Shown: positions 47,323 to 57,240 of the stretch, piece after piece
Numbering within the stretch: position 1 is the first letter of the stretch
How the letters are laid out: every line of letters starts with the position of its first letter
Origin: Escherichia coli
GTDB lineage: Bacteria > Pseudomonadota > Gammaproteobacteria > Enterobacterales > Enterobacteriaceae
Strand: one strand, 5' to 3'
Assembly: GCF_003334385.1 (NCBI RefSeq)
Contig: NZ_QOWN01000004.1
DNA: 64,000 bases
Notes under the pieces: generated by a model
The model's input: only the letters and a program-made list of their open reading frames with translations
Told to the model about the DNA's origin: nothing
Database searches by the model: none
Made by a program: the position numbers and the translations under genes

Positions 47323-47336
47323 TTGATGTAGCTCAA
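47323..47336. promoter_or_regulatory. Candidate FNR box in the nrdDG promoter region
   Basis: ttgat-gtag-ctcaa matches the FNR consensus TTGAT-N4-ATCAA at 9 of 10 positions, ~240 bp upstream of the nrdD start. Confidence 0.4.
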
Positions 47337-47439
47337 AGTAAAAAGCAGAGCGTACGGATGACGGGCGCTACAGCGTTATGTAAATTTTTTAATGAATTTG
47401 CTGGTTGAAAAATCAACAAAAACAACATGCTGACAGACA

Positions 47440-47475
47440 AAACCCCGGAATGACCGGCATTACCGGGGCTTAGGG
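47440..47475 (-). terminator. Rho-independent terminator of treBC
   Basis: On the minus strand: ccccggtaatgccggtcattccgggg followed by ttttg. Confidence 0.75.
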
Positions 47476-47480
47476 AAGAT

Positions 47481-49136
47481 TTACTTCTGTAACCACCAGA
47501 CAGCCTCAAAAGGCCGTAAATTCATGGCACAGGGTTGTGGTGAGGCTTCTTCGTAGTTATGCATCACAAGCTGCCAGTTGCCGCGCATTTGCCCTGGCTG
47601 CCAGGGTTGGATCTCACGGCTAAGGTTGGCAATGACCAGCAAGGTTTGCCCCTTCCATTCACGGCGATAGCACCACAATACAGGGCTGTTTGGCAGCAGA
47701 TCCTGGTAATTGCCCCATGTCAGGATGGCTTCCTGCTTACGCAGTGCGATTAACTTTTGGTAGGTGTAAAACACCGAGGAATCATCGGCCAGCGCGGCTT
47801 CTACGTTGATTTGTTGATAGTTATCGCCCAGGCCAATCCACGGTTCGCCAGCCGTAAACCCGGCATTATCGCCGTTGCTCCATTGCATGGGCGTGCGGCT
47901 GTTGTCACGGGATTTACTGGCGAGGATTGCCAATAACTCGTCGGCATCACGCCCATCGTTGCGCAGCTCGGCAAACATATTGAGGCTCTCCACGTCGCGA
48001 TAGTCAGTAATGCGCGTGAAATGCGGGTTGGTCATGCCAATCTCTTCGCCCTGGTAGATATACGGCGTTCCCTGCATGCCATGCAGCACCATCGCTAGCA
48101 TTTTTGCCGCAGGCACGCGGTATTCACCTTCATCACCAAAGCGAGAAACAATGCGCGGCTGATCGTGGTTACACCAGAACAAGGCATTCCATGCTACGTT
48201 GTGCATTCCTTGTTGCCAGTGGCGGAACAATGTTTTCAACGCCACAAAGTCAGGTTTAGCCAGCGTCCATTTTTCACCACCGGGATAATCGACCTTCAGG
48301 TGATGAAAATTAAAGGTCATCGATAATTCACTGCCTGCCAGTGCCGCGTATCGCTGGCAATGCTCAAGGCTGGTGGAGGACATTTCACCTACGGTCATTA
48401 ACCCGCGTGGCGTAAACACATCGCGGTTCATCTCGTGCAAAAACTCGTGTGCTCGTGGCCCGTCGGTGTAGAAGCGACGCCCGTCGCCATCCAGGTCTTC
48501 AGGGAAACGCGGGTCTTTGGAGATCAGATTCACCACATCCAGGCGCAACCCATCGACCCCACGATCGGCCCAGAATTCACAGACTTTTTTCAGCTCTGCG
48601 CGTACCGCTGGATTCTCCCAGTTGAGATCCGCCTGTTCTGGTGCAAAGAGATGCAAATAGTACTGTTCGCTTTCCGCATGCCAGCGCCACGCACTACCGC
48701 CAAATTTTGAACGCCAGTTATTCGGTGGCGTTTCTGGTTCGCCATCGCGCCAGATATAAAACTGGCGGTAAGGGCTTTCTTTGTTCAGCGCCTCGCGAAA
48801 CCAGGCATGTTGGGTAGAGGTATGGTTAAACACCATATCGAGAATGATACGAATCCCGCGCGATTTTGCCTGCGTCACCAGTTCGTCAAAATCGTCCAGC
48901 GTGCCGTAGGTGGGATCAATCGCCGTATAGTTCGCTACGTCGTAACCGTTATCGACCTGGGGAGAGACATAAAAGGGGGTTAGCCAGATGGCATCAACGC
49001 CCAGTTTATGCAGATAGTCCAGGCGTTGGATAACGCCACGTAAATCGCCGGTACCGCTACCCGTGGTGTCCTGAAAACTCTTTGGATAAATCTGGTAGAT
49101 AACGCCGTTTTGCCACCAGTGGGGAAGATTAGTCAT
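47481..49136 (-). CDS. treC: Trehalose-6-phosphate hydrolase TreC (GH13)
   Basis: 551 aa from MTNLPHWWQNGVIYQIYPKSFQDTTGSGTGDLRGV...; the track ORF extends 49 codons upstream into treB. Confidence 0.96.
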   Translation of the reverse strand: MTNLPHWWQNGVIYQIYPKSFQDTTGSGTGDLRGVIQRLDYLHKLGVDAIWLTPFYVSPQVDNGYDVANYTAIDPTYGTLDDFDELVTQAKSRGIRIILDMVFNHTSTQHAWFREALNKESPYRQFYIWRDGEPETPPNNWRSKFGGSAWRWHAESEQYYLHLFAPEQADLNWENPAVRAELKKVCEFWADRGVDGLRLDVVNLISKDPRFPEDLDGDGRRFYTDGPRAHEFLHEMNRDVFTPRGLMTVGEMSSTSLEHCQRYAALAGSELSMTFNFHHLKVDYPGGEKWTLAKPDFVALKTLFRHWQQGMHNVAWNALFWCNHDQPRIVSRFGDEGEYRVPAAKMLAMVLHGMQGTPYIYQGEEIGMTNPHFTRITDYRDVESLNMFAELRNDGRDADELLAILASKSRDNSRTPMQWSNGDNAGFTAGEPWIGLGDNYQQINVEAALADDSSVFYTYQKLIALRKQEAILTWGNYQDLLPNSPVLWCYRREWKGQTLLVIANLSREIQPWQPGQMRGNWQLVMHNYEEASPQPCAMNLRPFEAVWWLQK

Positions 49137-49185
49137 TACGTTATTCCTGCGAATGCGAGGGGGCGCAATTGCGCCCCGAAGAAAA

Positions 49186-50607
49186 TTAAACAATGTCCAG
49201 CGTGCCCAGGCGGTATTTCCGCTGATAGATAAACGAGGTGAGTACAATCGGGATGATGATGGCGATAGCCATTGCCAGCGCAAACACCTGCCAGTAGCTC
49301 GGTTGAATCGAGAGAATTCCCGGCAGGCCGCCTACGCCGATGCCATTCGCCATAACGCCGTTCAGGCCGCATAGCAATCCTGCCAGACCAGAACCAATCA
49401 TCGCGCACAGCATCGGGAAGCGATATTTCAGGTTGATGCCGTACATTGCAGGCTCAGTGACCCCAAGCCAGGCGGAGATAGCGGCAGGCACGGAGATCTC
49501 GCGTTCATTGTGCTTGCGGCTGGAAATGATAATGCCTATCACGGCGGAGCCCTGAGCGATATTCGACAGCGCAATCAGCGGCCACACTGGCGTACCACCC
49601 ATGCTTTGAATCATCTGCAAATCAATAGCAAGCGTGGTCTGGTGTACACCGGTGATCACCAGCGGGGCGTACAGGAAGCCAAACAATGCTGCGCCAATAG
49701 GTGCAAAGCTGCCGGTCATCAGGTGACGTACCGCAAAGGCAACGCCATCGCCAATCATGCGTCCAAACGGACCAATCAGCGCATGGGCGAGGAACACCGC
49801 GAGGATCAGCGAACAGACGGGCACCACCACCAGATAGAGGTAATCCGGCACGATGCGTTTAAGGCGAGTTTCAATAACGCCCAGCGCCAGCCCGGCTAAC
49901 AGTGCCGGGATCACCTGCGCCTGATAGCCTACTTTGGTGATGCTGAACATGCCAAAGTCCCACACTTCCGGCAGCTGCTGCCCGAGCAGATAAGCGTTCA
50001 TCAGCTGTGGAGAAACCAGCGTTACGCCAAGTACGATACCAAGGATCGGCGTGCCGCCCATTTTTTTCACCGCTGACCAGCAAATCCCGACCGGCAGGTA
50101 GAAGAAGATCGCTTCACCGATCAACCACAGAAAATCGTAGATCGTTTGCAGGGAAGGGTACATTTGCGCCAGCGTTTGACCGTTGCTCATGGGCAAATCG
50201 CCGATCACATTGCGAAAACCGAGGATCAAACCGCCGCTAATCAACGCGGGCAGCAACGGGAAGAAGATCTCCGCGAAATGAGAGATCAACTGCTCATGCC
50301 ATTTCATATTCTGCCGGGCGGCTTTTTTTACCTGCTCTTTATCAACCTGCGCCTGTCCGGTTGACGCAATCAGTGCTTGATAGTAATCACCCACATTGGT
50401 GCCAATCACCACCTGAAATTGCCCGGCATTGGTGAAACAGCCTTTCACCATGGGGAGTTGCTCAATTTCTTTCGGTCTGGCATTGGCCGGTTGGTTGAGG
50501 ACAAAGCGCAGGCGAGTAATACAGTGGCTCACCGTCGCAATATTGCCGCGCCCGCCGACCAGTTCAATCAACCGATCGATATCCGTTTGGTTTATTTTGC
50601 TCATCAT
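49186..50607 (-). CDS. treB: PTS trehalose-specific EIIBC component TreB
   Basis: 473 aa, MMSKINQTDIDRLIELVGGRGNIATVSHCITRLRF... Confidence 0.96.
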   Translation of the reverse strand: MMSKINQTDIDRLIELVGGRGNIATVSHCITRLRFVLNQPANARPKEIEQLPMVKGCFTNAGQFQVVIGTNVGDYYQALIASTGQAQVDKEQVKKAARQNMKWHEQLISHFAEIFFPLLPALISGGLILGFRNVIGDLPMSNGQTLAQMYPSLQTIYDFLWLIGEAIFFYLPVGICWSAVKKMGGTPILGIVLGVTLVSPQLMNAYLLGQQLPEVWDFGMFSITKVGYQAQVIPALLAGLALGVIETRLKRIVPDYLYLVVVPVCSLILAVFLAHALIGPFGRMIGDGVAFAVRHLMTGSFAPIGAALFGFLYAPLVITGVHQTTLAIDLQMIQSMGGTPVWPLIALSNIAQGSAVIGIIISSRKHNEREISVPAAISAWLGVTEPAMYGINLKYRFPMLCAMIGSGLAGLLCGLNGVMANGIGVGGLPGILSIQPSYWQVFALAMAIAIIIPIVLTSFIYQRKYRLGTLDIV

Positions 50608-50672
50608 AAAGCCCCATGGCAGATGACATTTTTGGTTGGCTGCAGAATATATTGCGCGGAAAAATTTAAAAA

Positions 50673-50686
50673 CGGGAACGTTCCCG
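50673..50686. promoter_or_regulatory. TreR-type operator palindrome in the treB promoter
   Basis: cgggaacgttcccg, a perfect 14-bp palindrome flanked by A/T runs, between treR and treB. Confidence 0.65.
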
Positions 50687-50725
50687 AAACGCAGCGAAGA
50701 TCACAATTTATCGTTCAGGAAACGA

Positions 50726-51673
50726 TCAGGACAGGGTGGCGGGGATGATGATTTGTTGCGGTTCGCTGCGCCCGGTTACCTGTGCGATCAATTGGCAGGC
50801 CGCCTGGCGTCCAGCTTCGGCGTAACCAGGATCTACGGTGACGATCTCCGGATGAAGGAATTTCATTAACGGCGTATTACCGACGCTCGCCAGTTGCAAG
50901 GTGTCGATGCGTTGCTCTTGCAGGTATTTACTTGCGCCAAGTGCCAGCGTGTCGGTTGCGCACAGTAAGGCGGTAGTTTCAGGCGTAATCACTTTTGCTA
51001 CGTTCTCATAGCCTTGCTTCATAGCAAGCCCTGGCAGAGCGGCAACGGGATGCAGTTTATGCGCTTTGCAGAACGCCAGGTAGGCTTCGTGACGTCGCTT
51101 ACCGGTCGTCACGTCACTGTGCGGCACGCCGAGATAACTGATATTACGATGCCCCTGGTCATAGAGCCGTTGCATCAGGATCTTGATTGCCCCTTCGTCG
51201 TCATAACAGACCGAAGCAAAGCCTTTTGCGTCACGCGCCAGCAGAACCAGCGATGACTGCCAGTGGGCTAACATTTCTTCTGTTATGCCGGTAAAACCGA
51301 ACAGCACTACGCCGTCGATATTACGCCGTTTTAGGATCCCCAAATGTTCGGCAACTAATTGCGGGGAAAACTGACTTTCCATCATGATTGGGTCGTAACC
51401 TTGTTCATAGAACGCTGGCAGCATGGTTTGAACGGCGAGATTTTCTGACAACGAATCCAGGCGGGTAACAATGATGGCGACCACTTTATCGCTTTGCCCA
51501 CGCATAGCGCGCGCAGAGCGGGAAGGGGAAAATCCATGCTGATTCATCACTGCTTCCACGCGCTCGCGCGTGCGCTGGCTCACGCCGCTTTCGTTATTCA
51601 GCACCCGGGAAACCGTAGATTTCCCCACGCCGCTTAAGCGCGCGATGTCTTTGATGGTCAGCCGATTTTGCAT
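50726..51673 (-). CDS. treR: Trehalose operon repressor TreR (LacI family)
   Basis: 315 aa, MQNRLTIKDIARLSGVGKSTVSRVLNNESGVSQRTRERV... Confidence 0.96.
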   Translation of the reverse strand: MQNRLTIKDIARLSGVGKSTVSRVLNNESGVSQRTRERVEAVMNQHGFSPSRSARAMRGQSDKVVAIIVTRLDSLSENLAVQTMLPAFYEQGYDPIMMESQFSPQLVAEHLGILKRRNIDGVVLFGFTGITEEMLAHWQSSLVLLARDAKGFASVCYDDEGAIKILMQRLYDQGHRNISYLGVPHSDVTTGKRRHEAYLAFCKAHKLHPVAALPGLAMKQGYENVAKVITPETTALLCATDTLALGASKYLQEQRIDTLQLASVGNTPLMKFLHPEIVTVDPGYAEAGRQAACQLIAQVTGRSEPQQIIIPATLS

Positions 51674-51747
51674 CCTGTTGTCCCGTAACGTGTTGTTTAA
51701 TTATTTGAGGCTAACTTTACCCGTGCATTCAGCAATGGGTAAAGTCT

Positions 51748-51764
51748 GGTTTATCGTTGGTTTA
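51748..51764 (+). promoter_or_regulatory. PhoP box (direct repeat) in the mgtA promoter
   Basis: ggttta-tcgtt-ggttta matches the PhoP consensus (T/G)GTTTA-N5-(T/G)GTTTA. Confidence 0.7.
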
Positions 51765-51779
51765 GTTGCCAGCAGGTAT

Positions 51780-52051
51780 TATATCGCCATAAATGCTACG
51801 AATATTATTGGATTCTCCTTATTATTTGCGGCGCTTTTTTCACTTACCGGAGGTTATATGGAACCTGATCCCACGCCTCTCCCTCGACGGAGATTAAAAC
51901 TTTTTCGGTAAGCCCGTCTTTTCACGGCGTTACCGGATGCGTAAGGCCGTGACGTTTTAACGTCCCTGCTCAGCTTTATTACCTTCAGGTAAGGCTTCGC
52001 CACGCCTGAAGACATTTCTGTACTGTTTCAGACAGTGCGGAGGGACTCCTT
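51780..52051 (+). promoter_or_regulatory. mgtA 5' leader (Mg2+/proline-responsive attenuation region containing mgtL)
   Basis: ~270-nt untranslated leader between the PhoP box and the mgtA start, containing the mgtL ORF; boundaries approximate. Confidence 0.5.
51858..51911 (+). CDS. mgtL: mgtA leader peptide MgtL (proline-rich, 17 aa)
   Basis: ATG at 51858 after GGAGG; encodes [17 protein letters not shown] within the long mgtA 5' leader. Confidence 0.8.
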
Positions 52052-54748
52052 ATGTTTAAAGAAATTTTTACCCGGCTCATTCGCCATTTACCTTCCCGTC
52101 TGGTTCATCGTGATCCATTGCCTGGCGCGCAGCAGACAGTGAATACGGTGGTCCCGCCGTCCTTAAGTGCGCATTGCCTGAAAATGGCGGTGATGCCCGA
52201 AGAAGAATTGTGGAAAACGTTCGACACCCATCCGGAAGGGTTAAATCAGGCGGAAGTGGAATCTGCCCGCGAACAACATGGTGAAAATAAATTACCCGCA
52301 CAACAACCGTCGCCGTGGTGGGTACATTTATGGGTCTGCTATCGCAACCCCTTTAATATTTTACTCACCATTCTCGGCGCTATTTCTTACGCCACGGAAG
52401 ATTTATTTGCCGCGGGCGTTATCGCGCTAATGGTCGCCATTTCTACGTTGCTGAACTTTATTCAGGAAGCACGTTCCACTAAAGCGGCAGATGCCCTGAA
52501 AGCGATGGTCAGCAATACTGCGACGGTGCTGCGCGTAATTAACGACAAAGGCGAAAATGGCTGGCTGGAGATCCCGATCGACCAGCTGGTGCCCGGCGAT
52601 ATTATAAAACTGGCGGCGGGAGATATGATCCCGGCAGATTTACGTATCTTGCAGGCGCGGGATCTGTTCGTCGCTCAGGCGTCGTTAACCGGTGAGTCTC
52701 TGCCCGTAGAAAAAGCCGCAACCACTCGCCAGCCGGAGCACAGCAATCCGCTGGAGTGCGACACCCTGTGTTTTATGGGCACCACCGTGGTGAGCGGCAC
52801 GGCACAAGCAATGGTGATTGCTACAGGTGCCAATACCTGGTTTGGTCAACTGGCGGGGCGTGTTAGTGAGCAGGAAAGCGAGCCGAATGCCTTTCAGCAA
52901 GGGATCAGCCGCGTCAGTATGCTGCTGATTCGCTTTATGCTGGTGATGGCACCGGTGGTGCTGTTAATCAATGGCTACACCAAAGGCGACTGGTGGGAAG
53001 CGGCGCTGTTTGCGCTTTCGGTCGCGGTAGGCCTAACGCCGGAAATGTTGCCGATGATTGTTACCTCGACGCTGGCGCGCGGCGCAGTAAAGCTGTCGAA
53101 ACAGAAAGTGATCGTCAAACATCTGGATGCTATTCAGAACTTTGGCGCAATGGATATTCTGTGCACTGATAAAACCGGCACCCTGACACAGGACAAAATT
53201 GTGCTGGAGAATCATACCGATATCTCCGGTAAAACCAGCGAACGCGTGCTGCATAGCGCGTGGTTGAACAGTCATTATCAGACCGGACTTAAAAACCTGC
53301 TCGATACAGCGGTGCTCGAAGGTACGGATGAAGAGTCAGCGCGCTCGCTGGCCAGCCGTTGGCAAAAAATTGATGAGATTCCGTTTGATTTCGAGCGTCG
53401 TCGGATGTCGGTGGTAGTGGCAGAAAATACCGAACACCATCAGCTGGTTTGCAAAGGTGCATTGCAGGAAATCCTCAATGTGTGTTCGCAGGTGCGTCAC
53501 AATGGCGAGATTGTGCCGCTCGATGACATCATGCTGCGTAAGATTAAGCGGGTTACTGATACGCTGAATCGTCAGGGGCTGCGCGTGGTTGCGGTGGCGA
53601 CGAAATACCTGCCAGCGCGTGAAGGAGATTACCAGCGGGCGGATGAATCCGACCTGATCCTCGAAGGATATATTGCTTTCCTTGATCCGCCAAAAGAGAC
53701 AACTGCTCCGGCACTGAAGGCATTAAAAGCGAGTGGAATTACCGTAAAAATCCTTACTGGCGACAGTGAGTTAGTTGCAGCGAAAGTGTGCCATGAAGTG
53801 GGGCTGGACGCGGGAGAGGTGGTCATTGGTAGTGATATTGAAACGCTATCTGACGACGAACTGGCTAATCTCGCACAGCGCACCACGCTGTTTGCTCGTC
53901 TGACGCCGATGCATAAAGAACGCATTGTGACCTTACTGAAGCGCGAAGGGCATGTGGTTGGCTTTATGGGCGATGGTATTAATGATGCGCCCGCCTTACG
54001 CGCTGCGGATATCGGCATTTCTGTGGACGGCGCGGTAGATATCGCCCGTGAAGCGGCTGATATCATCCTGCTGGAAAAAAGCCTGATGGTGCTGGAAGAG
54101 GGGGTTATTGAGGGACGTCGCACTTTCGCCAACATGCTGAAATACATCAAAATGACGGCGAGCTCTAACTTCGGTAATGTGTTCAGCGTGCTGGTGGCGA
54201 GTGCTTTCTTGCCCTTCCTGCCGATGTTGCCGTTACACTTGCTTATTCAGAACCTGCTGTACGATGTGTCACAGGTGGCGATCCCGTTTGATAACGTCGA
54301 CGACGAGCAAATTCAAAAGCCGCAGCGTTGGAATCCGGCGGATCTGGGGCGCTTTATGATCTTCTTCGGACCGATCAGCTCGATCTTCGATATTCTGACG
54401 TTTTGCCTGATGTGGTGGGTATTCCATGCCAACACGCCGGAAACGCAAACGCTGTTCCAGTCGGGATGGTTTGTGGTGGGCTTACTGTCGCAAACGCTGA
54501 TTGTGCATATGATCCGTACCCGCCGTGTGCCGTTTATTCAGAGCTGTGCATCGTGGCCGTTAATGATCATGACCGTGATCGTGATGATTGTCGGGATCGC
54601 ATTGCCGTTTTCACCGCTGGCCAGTTATCTGCAGCTGCAGGCGCTGCCGTTAAGCTATTTCCCGTGGCTGGTTGCGATTCTGGCAGGGTATATGACGTTA
54701 ACCCAGTTGGTGAAAGGGTTCTATAGCCGTCGTTACGGCTGGCAGTAA
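52052..54748 (+). CDS. mgtA: Mg2+-importing P-type ATPase MgtA
   Basis: 898 aa; P-type motifs DKTGTLT and GDGINDAPAL; N-terminus MFKEIFTRLIRHLPSRLVHRDPLPG... Confidence 0.97.
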   Translation: MFKEIFTRLIRHLPSRLVHRDPLPGAQQTVNTVVPPSLSAHCLKMAVMPEEELWKTFDTHPEGLNQAEVESAREQHGENKLPAQQPSPWWVHLWVCYRNPFNILLTILGAISYATEDLFAAGVIALMVAISTLLNFIQEARSTKAADALKAMVSNTATVLRVINDKGENGWLEIPIDQLVPGDIIKLAAGDMIPADLRILQARDLFVAQASLTGESLPVEKAATTRQPEHSNPLECDTLCFMGTTVVSGTAQAMVIATGANTWFGQLAGRVSEQESEPNAFQQGISRVSMLLIRFMLVMAPVVLLINGYTKGDWWEAALFALSVAVGLTPEMLPMIVTSTLARGAVKLSKQKVIVKHLDAIQNFGAMDILCTDKTGTLTQDKIVLENHTDISGKTSERVLHSAWLNSHYQTGLKNLLDTAVLEGTDEESARSLASRWQKIDEIPFDFERRRMSVVVAENTEHHQLVCKGALQEILNVCSQVRHNGEIVPLDDIMLRKIKRVTDTLNRQGLRVVAVATKYLPAREGDYQRADESDLILEGYIAFLDPPKETTAPALKALKASGITVKILTGDSELVAAKVCHEVGLDAGEVVIGSDIETLSDDELANLAQRTTLFARLTPMHKERIVTLLKREGHVVGFMGDGINDAPALRAADIGISVDGAVDIAREAADIILLEKSLMVLEEGVIEGRRTFANMLKYIKMTASSNFGNVFSVLVASAFLPFLPMLPLHLLIQNLLYDVSQVAIPFDNVDDEQIQKPQRWNPADLGRFMIFFGPISSIFDILTFCLMWWVFHANTPETQTLFQSGWFVVGLLSQTLIVHMIRTRRVPFIQSCASWPLMIMTVIVMIVGIALPFSPLASYLQLQALPLSYFPWLVAILAGYMTLTQLVKGFYSRRYGWQ

Positions 54749-54774
54749 AGAATAAACTGGGCACGATAGCCCCG

Positions 54775-54950
54775 ATTCAGATTGCAGACAAAGTGAGCGT
54801 TGTTCATGCCGGATGCGGCGTAAATGCCTTATCCGGCCTACAAATTCAATCAATTGCAGGAATCACGTAGGCCTGATAAGCGTAGCGCATCAGGCAATTT
54901 TGCGTTTGTCATCAGATTTAATCCGGGCATGATAGCCCGGATTTCCATCA
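54775..54950. repeat. REP/BIME cluster plus hairpin between mgtA and ridA
   Basis: catgccggatgcggcgtaaatgccttatccggcctac ... gtaggcctgataagcgtagcgcatcaggca ... atccgggcatgatagcccggat. Confidence 0.75.
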
Positions 54951-54953
54951 AGA

Positions 54954-55340
54954 TTAGCGACGAACAGCGATCGCTTCGATCTCAATTTTTACGTCTTTCG
55001 GCAGACGGGCAACTTCAACGCAAGAACGTGCCGGGAAGGTGGCATTGTGTTCGGTGAAGAAGGCTTCGTAGGTAGCATTAACGGTTGCGAAGTCGTTCAG
55101 ATCTTTCACAAACACGGTGGTTTTAACGATGTCGCCCACTTTCAGGCCTGCGGCTTCGACGATCGCTTTTACGTTATCCAGCGACTGACGTGCCTGTGCA
55201 GCGACGTCTGCCGGTACTTCGCCCGTTTTCGGATTTACCGGGATCTGGCCGGAGGTGATGATCATATTGCCCAGATCAACGCCCTGTACGTAAGGACCGA
55301 TAGCTGCCGGTGCATTTTCCGTCGCGATAGTTTTGCTCAT
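54954..55340 (-). CDS. ridA: Enamine/imine deaminase RidA (YjgF)
   Basis: 128 aa from MSKTIATENAPAAIGPYVQGVDLGNMIITSGQIPV...; the track start is upstream. Confidence 0.95.
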   Translation of the reverse strand: MSKTIATENAPAAIGPYVQGVDLGNMIITSGQIPVNPKTGEVPADVAAQARQSLDNVKAIVEAAGLKVGDIVKTTVFVKDLNDFATVNATYEAFFTEHNATFPARSCVEVARLPKDVKIEIEAIAVRR

Positions 55341-55412
55341 GATTTCTCCTTTATTACAGCGGTAAAAAGTCTGGCTCATTATAGGGAGCCAGACTTTTAT
55401 TACCAACCGCAA

Positions 55413-55874
55413 TTAATTGGCCAGCACCACATTATGGGAAAACTCTTTTTCACAGTATTTGCATTTGAGCGCGATGTCATTGGCGCGTTTTCGCACGGCA
55501 AAGCTGGAAGAAACCGGTTCGGCATGGCTGATACAGTTGCTGTTCGGGCAGACCAGCACATTGTCGATGCGCTCCGGCAGACTGGGGCGCGATTTACCCA
55601 CCACTTCATAGTTGTCGATACGGTTAACCGTGGCTTGCGGCGCATACAATGCCAGTTGATCTACCTGATCTTCACTCAAAAAGGTATTTTCGATTTTGAT
55701 CAGATCTTTGCGGCCCATCTCGCCAGAAGGCAGGTTCAGACCAATGGTGATGCGCTGATCCGTTTCGGTCAGCTTGAACAGACTCAACAGCTTAAAACCG
55801 ATCTGGGCGGGGATATGGTCAATTACCGTGCCGCGTTTAATAGCTTCAACCTGCAATTTATTATCGTGTGTCAT
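55413..55874 (-). CDS. pyrI: Aspartate carbamoyltransferase regulatory subunit PyrI
   Basis: 153 aa, [30 protein letters not shown]...; C-terminal Zn site [12 protein letters not shown]...CKYCEKEF. Confidence 0.97.
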
Positions 55875-55886
55875 CTCTATTTCCCC

Positions 55887-56822
55887 TTACAGTACCAGAT
55901 CGCGATTCAGAACCAGTGCCAGTAACGCCTGGCGAGCGAAAATCCCGTTGCCTGCCTGCTGGAAGTACCAGGCGTGTGGCGTTTTATCAACATCCGTCGC
56001 AATCTCATCAACACGCGGCAGCGGATGCAGCACTTTCATATTGGCTTTGGCGTTGTGGAGATCGCTGGCGCGAAGAACAAACTGCGCTTTCACGTTGGCG
56101 TACTCGGACGGGTCCAGACGCTCTTTTTGCACGCGGGTCATGTACAGGATGTCTACTTCCGCCATCACTTCTTCAATAGAGCTGTGCAGACTCCAGGCGA
56201 TCCCTTTTTCATCGAGCATATCAAGGATGTATTGCGGCATTGCCAGCGCGTCCGGCGCGATGAAGTAAAAACGGTTGCCGTCGAACTTCGCTAACGCCTG
56301 AGTCAGGGAGTGAACGGTGCGGCCATATTTCAGGTCACCAACCATTGCGACGTGGAGATTGTCCAGACGCCCCTGGGTTTCCTGAATGGTGAATAAGTCC
56401 AGCAAGGTTTGCGTCGGATGTTGGTTGGAGCCATCACCGGCATTCAGTACCGGTACATTGCCAGAAAATTCGGTGGCCAGGCGCGCCGCACCTTCCTGCG
56501 GATGACGCATCACTATCGCATCAACGTAAGTGCTGATAACCGAAATGGTATCGGCCAGCGTTTCGCCCTTTTTACCCAGTGATGTATTGGCGCTGTCGGA
56601 GAAGCCCACCACGCTGGCACCCAGGCGGTGCATGGAAGTTTCGAAAGAGAGGCGGGTACGGGTAGAGGCTTCGAAGAAACAGCTGGCAATGACTTTGTGC
56701 TTCAACAGCTCTGGTTGCGGGTTTGCTTTCAGTTTCGCCGCTGTCGCCAGCACCAGATTAAGGTCATCGCGACTAAGGTCGTTTATGGAAATGATATGTT
56801 TCTGATATAGCGGATTAGCCAT
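55887..56822 (-). CDS. pyrB: Aspartate carbamoyltransferase catalytic subunit PyrB
   Basis: 311 aa, [35 protein letters not shown]...STRTR... Confidence 0.97.
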
Positions 56823-56825
56823 CTT

Positions 56826-56960
56826 TTATCTCCTGACGCCTGGGCAAAAAAAAGCCCCTCGATTGAGGGGCTGGGAATGGGTGATCAACGGGAAGAAAAA
56901 CGGCAGGCCAGCGTCTTTTTTCAGACGCGGTAAGACAAAATGTCGAACACACTGAACCAT
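56826..56960 (-). CDS. pyrL: pyrBI leader peptide PyrL (44 aa)
   Basis: MVQCVRHFVLPRLKKDAGLPFFFPLITHSQPLNRGAFFCPGVRR; the track ORF starts 22 codons upstream. Confidence 0.85.
   Translation of the reverse strand: MVQCVRHFVLPRLKKDAGLPFFFPLITHSQPLNRGAFFCPGVRR
56846..56875 (-). terminator. pyrBI attenuator (UTP-sensitive intrinsic terminator within the pyrL coding region)
   Basis: On the minus strand: cccagcccctcaatcgaggggcttttttttgccc, a hairpin plus 8-T run ~25 nt upstream of the pyrB start. Confidence 0.85.
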
Positions 56961-57240
56961 ACATCCTCCCGGCAAATTGTCCGGCATTATACTCATCGTC
57001 AGAAGCGGCGCAAGCATTTGATGCAATATTTTGTCAGCGCAAACGGTTTATTTGAATTAAAAGTCAAGGTATATGCATTTTTATTTGATGTGATTCTGCA
57101 GGGGAACTGTCCTTCGGTATCAATAATTGCAGACATTCCCTGCTTTTTCCTTTTTCACTTTCACGCAATCAGATATGCATTTTATTCCATTCATCCGACT
57201 TATAGGGCGGAGTGTGAAAGCGAACGGCTAACACTCTTGC

